Assembly (NCBI GenBank): GCA_965116475.1
Contig: OZ220691.1
Location: 3,296,001 to 3,360,000, forward strand
DNA from: Gemmatimonadota bacterium
GTDB taxonomy: Bacteria; Gemmatimonadota; Gemmatimonadetes; Palauibacterales; Palauibacteraceae
Length of the DNA: 64,000 nucleotides
Direction: 5' to 3'
Position 1 is the stretch's first letter. Each line of letters opens with the position of its first letter. The notes beneath the pieces are model-generated. The model was not told the DNA's origin, did no database searches, and saw only the letters and a program-made list of their open reading frames with translations. Below are positions 10,758 through 22,425 of this stretch, piece after piece. Made by a program: the position numbers and the translations under genes.

Positions 10758-12155
10758 TTACGGGTTTCCTTTCGGTTGCAGCACCTGGGCGATGAACTCG
10801 ACCGCGCGGGGGATGGCCCCGGGCAGGGAGAGGAAATCGTGCCCGCCTCCCTCGTAGATGAACGTCTCGAACTCGGGAGCGGCGCGGCCCAGCGCCGCCA
10901 TCGTTCGCATCAGCGACTCCGCCTGGCTCACGGGCACGACGAAATCGGCCGTGCCGTGGTGCACTTGGACCGCGGGGAGGTCGGCCGCGAAGAGGACGGA
11001 CGATCGGCGCACGAGTTCGAGGCGCGCCTCGGGGGTGGACAGCGTACCGCGGACCAGCGGCTGCACGACGGTGGAGTCGAGATGGATGAGACCGGGCAGG
11101 TCCCAGGGGCCATCGAGCGCGGTCTTCCAGGCGATCACCCTGATCCAGTCGTCGAAGAAGTCCGTCGGCCCGAAGAACGCCACGATGCGCTCCACGCGCT
11201 CGTCCCGCGCTCCCGCGAGCAGGGCGACGCCGGCCCCCCGGCTGCCGCCGACGATATGGATGGCGCCCGGCCGGGCCTCCGGCGTCGTCTCGAACGCGAC
11301 GTTCGCGAGCGCGAGCGCGTCGTCGACGTCGTAGTCCCAGTGGCCCGAGGGGCCTTCCGACACCCAGCTCCGGCCTCCGTAGCGGAGCGGCTCGCTGCGG
11401 AACGAGGGGATCGCGTAGACGAACCGGCGGCTCCGCTCTCCGAGGGCCGTCGTCACGATCTCGATGTCGTCGACCGATACTCCGCCGTCGCCCCCGTGCG
11501 TGTACATCAGCAGGGGCAGCGTTTCGGGGGCCGCGCCGTCGGGCACGATGATGGCGCCGAAGTGGCGGACGCCGGCCACGACGTGGGAGACGATCCGCAG
11601 CGTGGCCGTCGATTCGCCCAGCGCCAGCTCCTCGGTCAGTTCGACCGAGACCCCCGCCGCCGAAACGTCGCGCCGGGCCCAGTTGGCCCGCACCGCCTCC
11701 ACCTCCATCGCCGAGGCCGGAGCGAACAGCGCAGCGAGTTCGGCATCGAGATCGATGGCCTCGGCCCGAACCGTGGCGCCGGCCGGCCCGGCGGAGACCT
11801 CGAGGCGCTGCGGACCGGGGGTGGCGCCGAGCGTCCACGACGTCGCCGCCTCGCCGCCGGCGTCGGCCGTGGTTGACGTCGGATCCGTGCTGCCGTGGCC
11901 GGGATCGGGCTGAAACGTGACGGTGGCGCCGGAAACGGGGCGTCCGTCGCCGTCGAGGACGCGGACCGCAATCGCTTCAGCCGGCGGGCGCGCCGGGACG
12001 CCGCGCTGGTCCGCGCCCGCCAGAACGACGATGGAGGCCGGGCCGGTCTCGACGGGGGCGATCGTGTCGGCTTCTCCGCAGGCGGCGGCCAACGCCGGGA
12101 CGAGCAGGGCCGCCCAGCGCCGGCTTCGGGCCCGGGAGCGTCCGGCCCGCGTCAT
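10758..12155 (-). CDS. Lipoprotein with Ig-like domain and alpha/beta-hydrolase domain
   Basis: Lipobox LAAAC; Ig-like VRVLDGDGRPVSGATVTF...WTLG; HGG, nucleophile GGSRG, HGTAD, GGGH. Confidence 0.8.
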   Translation of the reverse strand: MTRAGRSRARSRRWAALLVPALAAACGEADTIAPVETGPASIVVLAGADQRGVPARPPAEAIAVRVLDGDGRPVSGATVTFQPDPGHGSTDPTSTTADAGGEAATSWTLGATPGPQRLEVSAGPAGATVRAEAIDLDAELAALFAPASAMEVEAVRANWARRDVSAAGVSVELTEELALGESTATLRIVSHVVAGVRHFGAIIVPDGAAPETLPLLMYTHGGDGGVSVDDIEIVTTALGERSRRFVYAIPSFRSEPLRYGGRSWVSEGPSGHWDYDVDDALALANVAFETTPEARPGAIHIVGGSRGAGVALLAGARDERVERIVAFFGPTDFFDDWIRVIAWKTALDGPWDLPGLIHLDSTVVQPLVRGTLSTPEARLELVRRSSVLFAADLPAVQVHHGTADFVVPVSQAESLMRTMAALGRAAPEFETFIYEGGGHDFLSLPGAIPRAVEFIAQVLQPKGNP

Positions 12156-14158
12156 TCGGCGCCTCCGGCGGCGCCGGGGTCGCCCGCGGGGGCCAGGCGG
12201 ACGCGGGCACGCCCGGCTGCGGCAGGCCACGCGAGTTCGACGAGTTCCCCCTGGTCGATTTCCTCGAAGCCGCGCTCCGACCGCGCCAGCGTGACGATCC
12301 GCGTGCGCGACTCCCGAGACTCGCCCCCGAACGCCTCGGCCTCGACCCTCATGGGGTGCGCGAGCGGCAGCCGGGTGACGACCACGCTGTCGGCGGGGAG
12401 GTCGGCCGCGTTCCAGTCGAGTGTCGCTTCAACCGTGCCGTCGCCGTGAATCTCGAGCGTCTTCTCGAGGCGGGGTAGGCCGGGTTCGGACGTAAGACGG
12501 AGGCGGATCCGGTCGGGCTCGGCGCCGGGCTCGAAATCCGGGACGCCGCGCAGCCGAAACGGGTGCGGCCGCCAATCCGCGACGGACGTTCGTTCCCGAG
12601 CGCCCGCGCCGTCGCCCGGTGCGAAGGCGATCTCCTGCAGCAGCGCCAGAGGGACGCTGTCGGGGGGCGGTGCGATGGGAGGCTCGGAGTCACGGTCGTG
12701 GACCGAGGCGACGCCGTCGCTCCGGCTCCGCGCCGCGTGGGTGACGCCGTCCGCTCCCCCGCGCGTCGCGCCGGATGCCGCCGGATCCCGGTGGTAGGCC
12801 TCGAGGCGGCGGGAGAGGACGTTGGCGTAGTTCACGCCGTCCCTAAAGACCGTGAGGATTTCGATCGCGCCGCCGCGCGCGGGGCTGACCACGATGGAAC
12901 TCCGGGCCGAGTGGATCCAGATCTCGTCATGGCCGTCCAGGTCGAAGTCGAGAGCCTCGAACGCGATGCCTTCTTCCTCGCGCAACCGCCGTTCGGCCGC
13001 GGCGAGTTCGCGCCAGATCGCCCGGCGCAGGTGTGGAAGGTAGACCCCGCCGAACACCCCGTGCCAATACGCATCGTTGCACTGCCCCCGCGCGATCGCG
13101 CGCCGCGCCCCCTGCGGGTCGCCGCGCTCCCGACACAGACGAGACAGCCTCAGCGCCGTCTTGTGCATGCGGTTCGACTCCGGGTAGCGGCGCAGGAAGC
13201 CCTTCCAGTGCCCGCCGCGGATCAGCGGGCCGGCGTCGGCGTCGGCCCGCTCCGCGTCCGCAGTCGTCGCGGTGAGCCGGGCGAGGCGTCGCGCGGCGGG
13301 GCGGGGGAGCGTCCACGCCTCCATCTCGCGGTACGCACCCGCCGCGGGGTAGGCGAGCCCGCGGCCCGGGCCGGAGGCCGCCTCGCGGGTCGTGACCAGC
13401 TCCAGTTCGCCCCGCCCGCGCGCCGTGTTCAGCGCCTCGAGGAACGCCTCCAGCCAGCCGCCGGCGTACACCCATTCGCGGGTGTCGGGCCAGCCTCCGA
13501 ACTTCTCGCCGTCGTCGCCGAGCACGATCTGGCGCTGCCCGGCCCGCCGCCGCGCGGCGAAGAAGTCGACGATCTCCTGCACGGGCCGGAACGGGACGAG
13601 ATACCGGAGCCGCTCGTCGATCGGAAGGAGGCGGATCCGCTCTCCGCCGCTCTCCGTCGTGAAGACGCCGTCCAGTTCATCGCGCTCGAGCCCGCTGGCG
13701 AGGAAGTGACGGTCGTCGAGGAGCGTGTATTCGATGCCGGCGCGCGCCAGGCCGGCGGAGAGATCGGGTTCCCATACGCGTTCCGTGAGCCAGAGACCGG
13801 TGGCCTCGACCCCGAACCGGCCGCGGAGATCCGCACGCATCCACTCGATCTGTTCCACCCGGTCCGCCGGGGAGAGCGCTGCGAGGATGGGTTCGTAGCG
13901 TCCGGAGGCGAGGAACTCGATGTGGCCTTCCGCGGCCCGCGACCCGATGTCGTCGAGGAAGTCCGGGGCGTGGTCCTCCAGCCAGTCGAGGAGCGGGCCC
14001 GAGAGGTGCAGAGAGATCGGGGTTGTGCCGCGGGCGTGGAGGGCATCGAGGAGGGGTCGGTACACGCCCGTCAGGTGGTCCTCGAACACGTGGTCGAAGT
14101 TCCCCACCGGCTGGTGGAGGTGGATCGCGAAGGCGAAGCGGAGCGGGCCCTGGCTCAC
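12152..14158 (-). CDS. GH57 alpha-amylase / 4-alpha-glucanotransferase
   Basis: HLHQPVGNF, GLWLTERVWEP, GDDGEKFGGWP, QCNDAYWHGVFGGVYLPHLR. Confidence 0.92.
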   Translation of the reverse strand: MSQGPLRFAFAIHLHQPVGNFDHVFEDHLTGVYRPLLDALHARGTTPISLHLSGPLLDWLEDHAPDFLDDIGSRAAEGHIEFLASGRYEPILAALSPADRVEQIEWMRADLRGRFGVEATGLWLTERVWEPDLSAGLARAGIEYTLLDDRHFLASGLERDELDGVFTTESGGERIRLLPIDERLRYLVPFRPVQEIVDFFAARRRAGQRQIVLGDDGEKFGGWPDTREWVYAGGWLEAFLEALNTARGRGELELVTTREAASGPGRGLAYPAAGAYREMEAWTLPRPAARRLARLTATTADAERADADAGPLIRGGHWKGFLRRYPESNRMHKTALRLSRLCRERGDPQGARRAIARGQCNDAYWHGVFGGVYLPHLRRAIWRELAAAERRLREEEGIAFEALDFDLDGHDEIWIHSARSSIVVSPARGGAIEILTVFRDGVNYANVLSRRLEAYHRDPAASGATRGGADGVTHAARSRSDGVASVHDRDSEPPIAPPPDSVPLALLQEIAFAPGDGAGARERTSVADWRPHPFRLRGVPDFEPGAEPDRIRLRLTSEPGLPRLEKTLEIHGDGTVEATLDWNAADLPADSVVVTRLPLAHPMRVEAEAFGGESRESRTRIVTLARSERGFEEIDQGELVELAWPAAAGRARVRLAPAGDPGAAGGAE

Positions 14159-15579
14159 GCGTCCGTCCGGACGGGGACGCGGACTCTCGGGTTGAACTCG
14201 CGCCGGTACACGGCCGCGGCGTTCCCGACATCGGCGTCGTTCGCCGGCGCCTTTGCGAGGTCCGCGACGAAGGCGGCCTCCAGCCCCTCTGCGCGCTCCG
14301 GGGCGAGCCGACGCAAGCGGTCGAGGGCGTGCGCGGCGTAGCCCAGCACCTGTCTCGCTTCGAGGCCCGCGACATCGTCGAAGAACCAGGCGCAGGAGGT
14401 GAACATCGCGGCCCGGTCGCGGGCCACCTCGAGCAGCGCCAGCGCTTCGTCCCGGCGTTCTCCGCTACCGATCCCTCGGGCGGCTAGCGCGGCCAAGTCC
14501 TCCAGCCCGGACGGCGCGCCCAGCGCCTCGCCAAGCGTCTCGATGGCCCGCTCGGGTTCCGGCAACCGGCCTGGCGCCAACTCCGCGCCGGCCTCATCGA
14601 GTCCGGCGGCGAGCGATTCGAGCGCCGCGCGGAGCGGCGCCCGCCAGCGCTGCTGCGAATCGAGGTGAGGCGCCATCCGGCACCCGCACTCCGAGCGCCA
14701 GCGCTCCACGCCGTGCGCGCAACTCCACGACGTAGGTTCCTCGAGGGTCACGAACGGCACGTCGCCAGCGGCGGCGAGCGCCGAGGCGAAGTTCCCGATC
14801 TCCATTCCCCCGCGCTCGCGGACGCGGGAGATCACCCGCATGAGCGTGCGGTCGGCGCCCTGGTGGTGGTGTCCGAACGTCTCGCCATCCGTGGCCAGCG
14901 CGACGGCGGACCCGCCCCGGCCCGCGACCGACTGCAGTGCCTCGAACCACGCGTCGCGGCCGTCGAGCAGCGCTCCGAACGCCACGCCGTGCGAGAGATC
15001 GCCGTCGTAGATGAAGACCGCGATCTCGCGCCCCCCGCCGAGGCGGACCCGCCCCGCGCCGCCGGCCGGCACCTCGGCGACCTGGTGCGGGGCCACGACC
15101 GTGAAGGCCACGCCCTCCGCCGCCAGCACCTCGAGGGTCTCCATGTCGACGGCCGTCTCGGGAAGCCACATGCCCTCGGCGCAGCGCCCGAAACGCCGCT
15201 CGAAGTCCCGCAGCCCCCAGCGCACCTCCGTCTCCTTCTCCCGGCGCGAGGCCAGCGGAAGGATGACGTGGTGGTAGGGTTGGGCCAGCGCGTTGCCGTG
15301 TCCCAGCCGCTCGCGGCTCGCCCGATCCCCGCGCACGAACCCCTCGTGGACCTCCGGGCGCTCCCCCTCGAGCCAGCGCGCGAGCGTCGGGCCCAGGTCG
15401 AAGCTCAGCCAGTCGAACGCCCCCGCTCGCGCCAGGGGTTCGTAACATTCCGCCGTGATCCGTTCGTTCCAGTTCTCGAACGGGGCCGCACTCGGCTCGG
15501 GGCGAACCCGGTCCGTCCACGGGTCCTCGCGCGGCGGCTGGTAGAAGTGGCCGTGAAGGACAACCGTGGCGCGATCCAC
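14155..15579 (-). CDS. GH57 family / DUF3536 glycoside hydrolase
   Basis: HGHFYQPPRE, WLPETAVD, ATDGETFGHH, SWSCAHGVERW, MFTSCAWFFDD; start approximate. Confidence 0.9.
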   Translation of the reverse strand: MDRATVVLHGHFYQPPREDPWTDRVRPEPSAAPFENWNERITAECYEPLARAGAFDWLSFDLGPTLARWLEGERPEVHEGFVRGDRASRERLGHGNALAQPYHHVILPLASRREKETEVRWGLRDFERRFGRCAEGMWLPETAVDMETLEVLAAEGVAFTVVAPHQVAEVPAGGAGRVRLGGGREIAVFIYDGDLSHGVAFGALLDGRDAWFEALQSVAGRGGSAVALATDGETFGHHHQGADRTLMRVISRVRERGGMEIGNFASALAAAGDVPFVTLEEPTSWSCAHGVERWRSECGCRMAPHLDSQQRWRAPLRAALESLAAGLDEAGAELAPGRLPEPERAIETLGEALGAPSGLEDLAALAARGIGSGERRDEALALLEVARDRAAMFTSCAWFFDDVAGLEARQVLGYAAHALDRLRRLAPERAEGLEAAFVADLAKAPANDADVGNAAAVYRREFNPRVRVPVRTDA

Positions 15580-15593
15580 GGCCGGAGGGGGGG

Positions 15594-17114
15594 TCAGTCG
15601 CCCGGAGCGTGCGCGGCGAGCGCCCGCCGGTACACGTCCAGGTAGCGCTCCGCGCTGCTCGCCCAGCCGAAATCGCGGGTCATCGCCTGCACGGCGTGCT
15701 CGTTCCACGCTTCCGGTCCCCTCGCATACAGCGCGGCGGCCCGCCCGAGCGCGATCTCCAGATCTTCCGACGTGTACCCATCGAACAGGAAGCCCGTGAC
15801 CTGGTCTTCGATCGTGTCGGCCAGCCCCCCGACGCGCCGGGCCACCGGGAGCACGCCGTACAGCTGCGCCCGCATCTGCGTCAGACCGCACGGTTCGTAG
15901 AGCGACGGCATGAGGAGGAGGTCGGCGCCCGCCAGGAGCCGGTGCTCCTTTGGTTCGGCGAACTCGGTGTCCACGGCGATCCGGCCGGGAAAACGCCCGG
16001 CCAACTCGCGCAACGCCGTTTCGTATCGCTCCTCGCCCTGGCCGAGAAAGATGAACTGCCCCTCGGCCCGCTCCAGCGGTCCGCCGTCGATGAGGAGGTC
16101 GAGCCCCTTCTGCGCGACGAGCCGCGCGGTCATCCCGTACAGCGGTTCGCGCGGCGCCGCGGTGAGCGAGTACTCCCGCTGCAGCGCCCGCTTGCACGCG
16201 GCCTTCCCGGCCAGGTCCGCGCTCGAGAACGTCGCGGCGATCTCCCGGTCCGTCTCGGGATTCCAGACTTCGAGGTCGACGCCGTTCAGGATGCCGAGGA
16301 AGCGGTCGCCCATCTCGATGAACGAGCCGTGGAGGCCGAACCCTCCGTCGGCCGTGCGAAGCTCGTGCGCGTGCGTCGGACTCACGGTCGTCGCGTAGTC
16401 CGCGAACACGAGGCCGCCCTTGAGCAGGTTCAGGTGGCCGTAGAACTCCATGAGCCGCCAGTGGAACAGTTCGCGGGGCAGCCCGATCTCCTCCAGCGCC
16501 CCGGGGCCCTGAAGTCCCTGGTAGCCGGCGTTGTGAATGGAGAGGACGGCCGCCATGCGGTCGTGCGCCTCGCGTCCCTTGAACCGCGTACGCAGGAAGA
16601 CGGGGGCGAGGGCCGCATGCCAGTCGTGCGCGTGCACGACGACGGGCACGTTGGCGAGTTCCGGCAGAATCCGGAGCGCCGCGAGGTTGTAGAGCGCGAA
16701 GCGCAGCGGGTTGTCCGCGTAGTCCGCCCCGCCTTCCCCGTAGATCCCGTCCCGGTCGAAATACCCGGGGTGGTCGACGAAGAGCACGCGCGGGTTCCGG
16801 CGCGGACCCGGGTGCTGGAGAATCCGGACTTCCTCCATCCGGCGCCCCACGCGCACGCGGAAGCTGTCCGCGATCGGCTCCAGGTCGGGGAAGGCCTCGC
16901 GCACCGACCGGTAGAGCGGCATGAAGACCGTGACCGGGGTCCCCTGGGCGGCCTGGAAGGTGGCGATGCCGCGCACCGCCTCCGCGAGGCCGCCGGTGCG
17001 GGCGTACGGCCAGTACTCGGCGACGAGATGCACGACAGCGAGCTCCTCCGGGGGCTTGACCCCCGCCCGCGGCCGTGTCGGCGCTGGCTTGGCGATTGCA
17101 GGCATGCGGCTCAT
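15594..17114 (-). CDS. glgA: Glycogen synthase (GT5)
   Basis: RTGGL, HAHDWH, IHNAGYQG, ILNGVD, PSLYEPCGLTQM. Confidence 0.93.
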   Translation of the reverse strand: MSRMPAIAKPAPTRPRAGVKPPEELAVVHLVAEYWPYARTGGLAEAVRGIATFQAAQGTPVTVFMPLYRSVREAFPDLEPIADSFRVRVGRRMEEVRILQHPGPRRNPRVLFVDHPGYFDRDGIYGEGGADYADNPLRFALYNLAALRILPELANVPVVVHAHDWHAALAPVFLRTRFKGREAHDRMAAVLSIHNAGYQGLQGPGALEEIGLPRELFHWRLMEFYGHLNLLKGGLVFADYATTVSPTHAHELRTADGGFGLHGSFIEMGDRFLGILNGVDLEVWNPETDREIAATFSSADLAGKAACKRALQREYSLTAAPREPLYGMTARLVAQKGLDLLIDGGPLERAEGQFIFLGQGEERYETALRELAGRFPGRIAVDTEFAEPKEHRLLAGADLLLMPSLYEPCGLTQMRAQLYGVLPVARRVGGLADTIEDQVTGFLFDGYTSEDLEIALGRAAALYARGPEAWNEHAVQAMTRDFGWASSAERYLDVYRRALAAHAPGD

Positions 17115-17137
17115 ACTTCGTCGCGAAGTGGCGTAAT

Positions 17138-19188
<2,051 letters not shown>

Positions 19189-19192
<4 letters not shown>

Positions 19193-19941
19193 GAAGCGGG
19201 GAGCAGTTCGTCGAGGTAGCGGAGGAGCATGTGGCGCCACGTGGGCCAGTCGTGGTGCCACTCCTCGCCCCAGTCGTCCATCCGGTTCGGCACGCCCTTC
19301 CGCCCGAGGAGCGAGGCCGCCCGCCAGGACTCGCCGATGTCCTCCGCCCGCCCGCGCCCGGAGGCGAGGAGGACGAAGCGCTCGCGCAGGCGGTGGAGCG
19401 TCTCGCCCGCGAGCTGCGGCAGGTGGTGGACGGGCGATGCGCGGTAGAAGTCGCCCGTCGCCTTCGCTTCGGCCCCGGTGTCGTGCTTCAGAAAACGCTG
19501 GAGGTCGTACGTGCCGCTCATGCACACGGCGTGCGAGAAGGCGTCCGGGAACCGGCACAGCATGGCGAGCGCGTTGAACGCTCCGATCGATGAGCCCGCG
19601 ACGATGACCTCGATCCCGGGATCGTTGCAGTCCTCCCGGATCATGGGGACGAACTCGCTGTAGACGAACTCCTGAAACCGGTTGAGGACCGCCATGCGGT
19701 GTTCGGGCGTCCCCTCCCGGCCGAGCATGACGCGGCCCGCCACGCTGTCGCACGAATAGACCTTGATCCGGCCGTCCGTCAGGTAGTCCGCGACCGTGTC
19801 GATGACGAGGAAGCGCTCGATCTCCTCCGCGTCGCCTCCGGCGGTGGGGAACATGAGGAAGGGCACGCCGACCTCCCCCCAGCGCGCGACGTTGACCTCC
19901 TGGCCGAGGCGATCCGACCACCAGCTGGCGTTGAGTTTCAT
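19189..19941 (-). CDS. Esterase family alpha/beta hydrolase
   Basis: FPTAGG, nucleophile GSSIG, MSGTYD, HHDWPTW. Confidence 0.88.
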
Positions 19942-21215
19942 GAGGCGAGCATCGGCACGGCGCCGGGGGGTTCCTCCCGGCGGGCCGCCTGTATGCGGTC
20001 GAAGAAGAGCGCGGTGAACTCCTCGATCTCGTGATCGGGATAGAGCGAGGCCACCTTCGCGTGCACCGCGTCGCGGGCCGCCTCGCTGCCGAAGAAGTCG
20101 TCGGCCACCGCGTCGAGTTCCGCGAGGTGCGCATCGCAGAACTCCACGAAGCGGTCGGTCTCGAACCGCGCCTCCGCGATCGCGGCGCAGGCCCGAACTC
20201 TCTCCCCGACCGACATCCCGGGGCGGCAGGCATCGAAGAACGGCTGCCAGTCGAGGTTGACGCGCATCCGGCGCCGGGTCGCCGCGCAGAACAGGGACCA
20301 GCGGAGGTTCGCCTTGATGAGCCACGGGAAGTGGTAGTGGAGCGACGTGACCTGCGAGTCCGGACAGGGGTTCGCGAAGTCGATCGGCATCCACCGGCGG
20401 CCGCTGCGAAGCACCTCGCACGAGTTGAAGTCCCACCCGAAGAACGCGTTGATCGTGAGCGTGGTGTCCCGGATCGCGGCGGCGTCGGCGGGCTCGAGGC
20501 GGTCCCGTTCGACCGTGTAGCGGTCGTGCGCGGGGGCGCCGGGGTCGTAGAGGACGGCGCGCGTTTGCGGGCCCAGCCCGATGCAGCGGACGAAGCGGTC
20601 GTGTTCCACCCCTTGCTGGAGGTGCATGACGAACTTGCCGCTCTCGTCGTAGGCGGCGCCGAGCGCCTCGTCATCCTCGATCCGCGACACGCCGCGCCAT
20701 CCGCCGCCGTCGTACGGCTTCATGAACACGGGATATCCCAGGTCGTGCGCCACGGCGGGGAGGTCGAACAGCCGCGCGTAGCGTTTCAGGGTGACCGCCA
20801 GATCGTCCTGCGGATCGTAGGACTTGGGCGGGACGAGCCATGTCCGCGGAACCGGGAGACCCAGCCTCATCATCGCGCAGTAGGTGGAGTGCTTCTCCAT
20901 CGACTGGACGCTCCACGGATTGTTGAACACGTAGAGCCCGTCCATGATCACGGCCTTCTTGATCCACTCCCGCGTCGGGTAGAACCAGTGCGTGAGACGG
21001 TCGATGACGACGTCGTACTTCCCCCTCTGCTGCAGGTCGAAGGGCTCGATCGTGACGTCCTCGAGATGAAACCGGATCGGGCCGTCGGGCGAGGGGATCC
21101 GCGGGTTCAGGCGCTCAAGGATGGCGCGGTAGGCGATGGGCCAGCACAGGTCCGCCCCGAGCGAGAGGCCGATGCGGCGCGTGACCCCGCCCGCGGGGAC
21201 TGCCACGGCCGTCAT
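19938..21215 (-). CDS. ATP-grasp ligase (RimK/glutathione-synthetase-like)
   Basis: VIDRLTH, NNP..MEK, LGYPVFMKPYDGGGWRGV, LQQGV, FNSCE, IDFANP. Confidence 0.88.
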   Translation of the reverse strand: MTAVAVPAGGVTRRIGLSLGADLCWPIAYRAILERLNPRIPSPDGPIRFHLEDVTIEPFDLQQRGKYDVVIDRLTHWFYPTREWIKKAVIMDGLYVFNNPWSVQSMEKHSTYCAMMRLGLPVPRTWLVPPKSYDPQDDLAVTLKRYARLFDLPAVAHDLGYPVFMKPYDGGGWRGVSRIEDDEALGAAYDESGKFVMHLQQGVEHDRFVRCIGLGPQTRAVLYDPGAPAHDRYTVERDRLEPADAAAIRDTTLTINAFFGWDFNSCEVLRSGRRWMPIDFANPCPDSQVTSLHYHFPWLIKANLRWSLFCAATRRRMRVNLDWQPFFDACRPGMSVGERVRACAAIAEARFETDRFVEFCDAHLAELDAVADDFFGSEAARDAVHAKVASLYPDHEIEEFTALFFDRIQAARREEPPGAVPMLAS

Positions 21216-22417
21216 TCGTAGACCATCCACAGCGGGCCCGGGAAGAGCCACGACAGGCCCTCGCGCAGGCGGTCGCGCCAGTTCTCCCAGTTGTGGCCGT
21301 CGCGCGACTCGACGAAGCGCACCTCCGCGCCGCCGCGACGGAGGGCCGGGATCAGGGCCCGGTTCTCCGAGACCAGCGGTTCGTACACGCCCACGGAGAC
21401 GAACGCCTTCTCGGCGATGGCGGTCGGCGCGGCCCGGTAGGCGTTCATCATGTCGACGACGCGGTCGAAGACGGGGCCGCTCTCGTTGGCGCCGATATCC
21501 GTGAAGAGGAAGGAGCCCGACTGGAGGAGCAGGCGGCCGAACAGGCCGGGGTGTTCGAGCGCGGCGTGGAAGGAGGCGACGGCGCCCAGACTCGCGCCCA
21601 TCAAGCCGCGGGATGCGGGGTCGGGAAGGAGCGGATAGTCGCGCTCGAGGCGCGGGAGCAACTCCTCGGCGACGAACCGCGCGTGCGCCGGGTCCGCCGA
21701 GTATTCCGACATCCGGTCGGCCGGGTGCAGGAGGGCGACGATCATCCGGGGGATCTCGAAGCGATCGATCAGCCGGTCGAGCACGTGTCGCAGGCCGGCG
21801 TACTCGACGTAGTCTCCGCCGTCATGCACGACGAGCAGCGGGTAGCGCCGGTTGGCGCGGAACTCCGCCGGACGGTACACGGTCACGTGCCGCGCGGACT
21901 CGAGTGCCTCGCTCTCGACGGCGAGTTCGTCCACCTCCCCGCGCCGGACCTCCTCGTTCTCGCGGGCCCAGTCGGGGATCTCGTAGCCCCGCGCCTGCAC
22001 GACGGAGTTCGCGCCGAATGGATCCCGGGCGCGCTGGGGGTTCAGCGGGTCCTCGATCCACTCCGCGCGCCCGCCGCCGAGGACCTCGATCTTGTACTCC
22101 ACCCGCGATTCGTCGGGGAGTTCGAGCGTGTAGCACCACAGATCCGTGCCGTCGAGGCGGCGGAAGGGCGCCGAGGTCTGGAGGCCGTGCACCCAGTTCC
22201 GGAGCCGGACGGCGTCGGCATGGCCCCGGTACACGAAGGTGTAGAGGGGAGGCTCGGCCAGCGGGAACTCGTTCGCGTCCAGGAACGCGGCCACCGGGTC
22301 CACCGGATCCGCCCCGCCGGCGTGGGAGGCGAGCCGCTCCTCGAGCGCCGCGATCGCGCACGAACGCGGCATCGACGGCTCCTGCCGGTGGGCCCGGGCG
22401 TGGGGGTCGTATCGCAT
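21212..22417 (-). CDS. Enterochelin-esterase-like hydrolase with N-terminal CBM48/E-set-like domain
   Basis: TFVYRG...LW.YTLELP..SRVEYK...DPLNP...NSVV; HDGGDY, GASLG, GHNWENWRD. Confidence 0.85.
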   Translation of the reverse strand: MRYDPHARAHRQEPSMPRSCAIAALEERLASHAGGADPVDPVAAFLDANEFPLAEPPLYTFVYRGHADAVRLRNWVHGLQTSAPFRRLDGTDLWCYTLELPDESRVEYKIEVLGGGRAEWIEDPLNPQRARDPFGANSVVQARGYEIPDWARENEEVRRGEVDELAVESEALESARHVTVYRPAEFRANRRYPLLVVHDGGDYVEYAGLRHVLDRLIDRFEIPRMIVALLHPADRMSEYSADPAHARFVAEELLPRLERDYPLLPDPASRGLMGASLGAVASFHAALEHPGLFGRLLLQSGSFLFTDIGANESGPVFDRVVDMMNAYRAAPTAIAEKAFVSVGVYEPLVSENRALIPALRRGGAEVRFVESRDGHNWENWRDRLREGLSWLFPGPLWMVYE

Positions 22418-22425
22418 GGGCCGGA

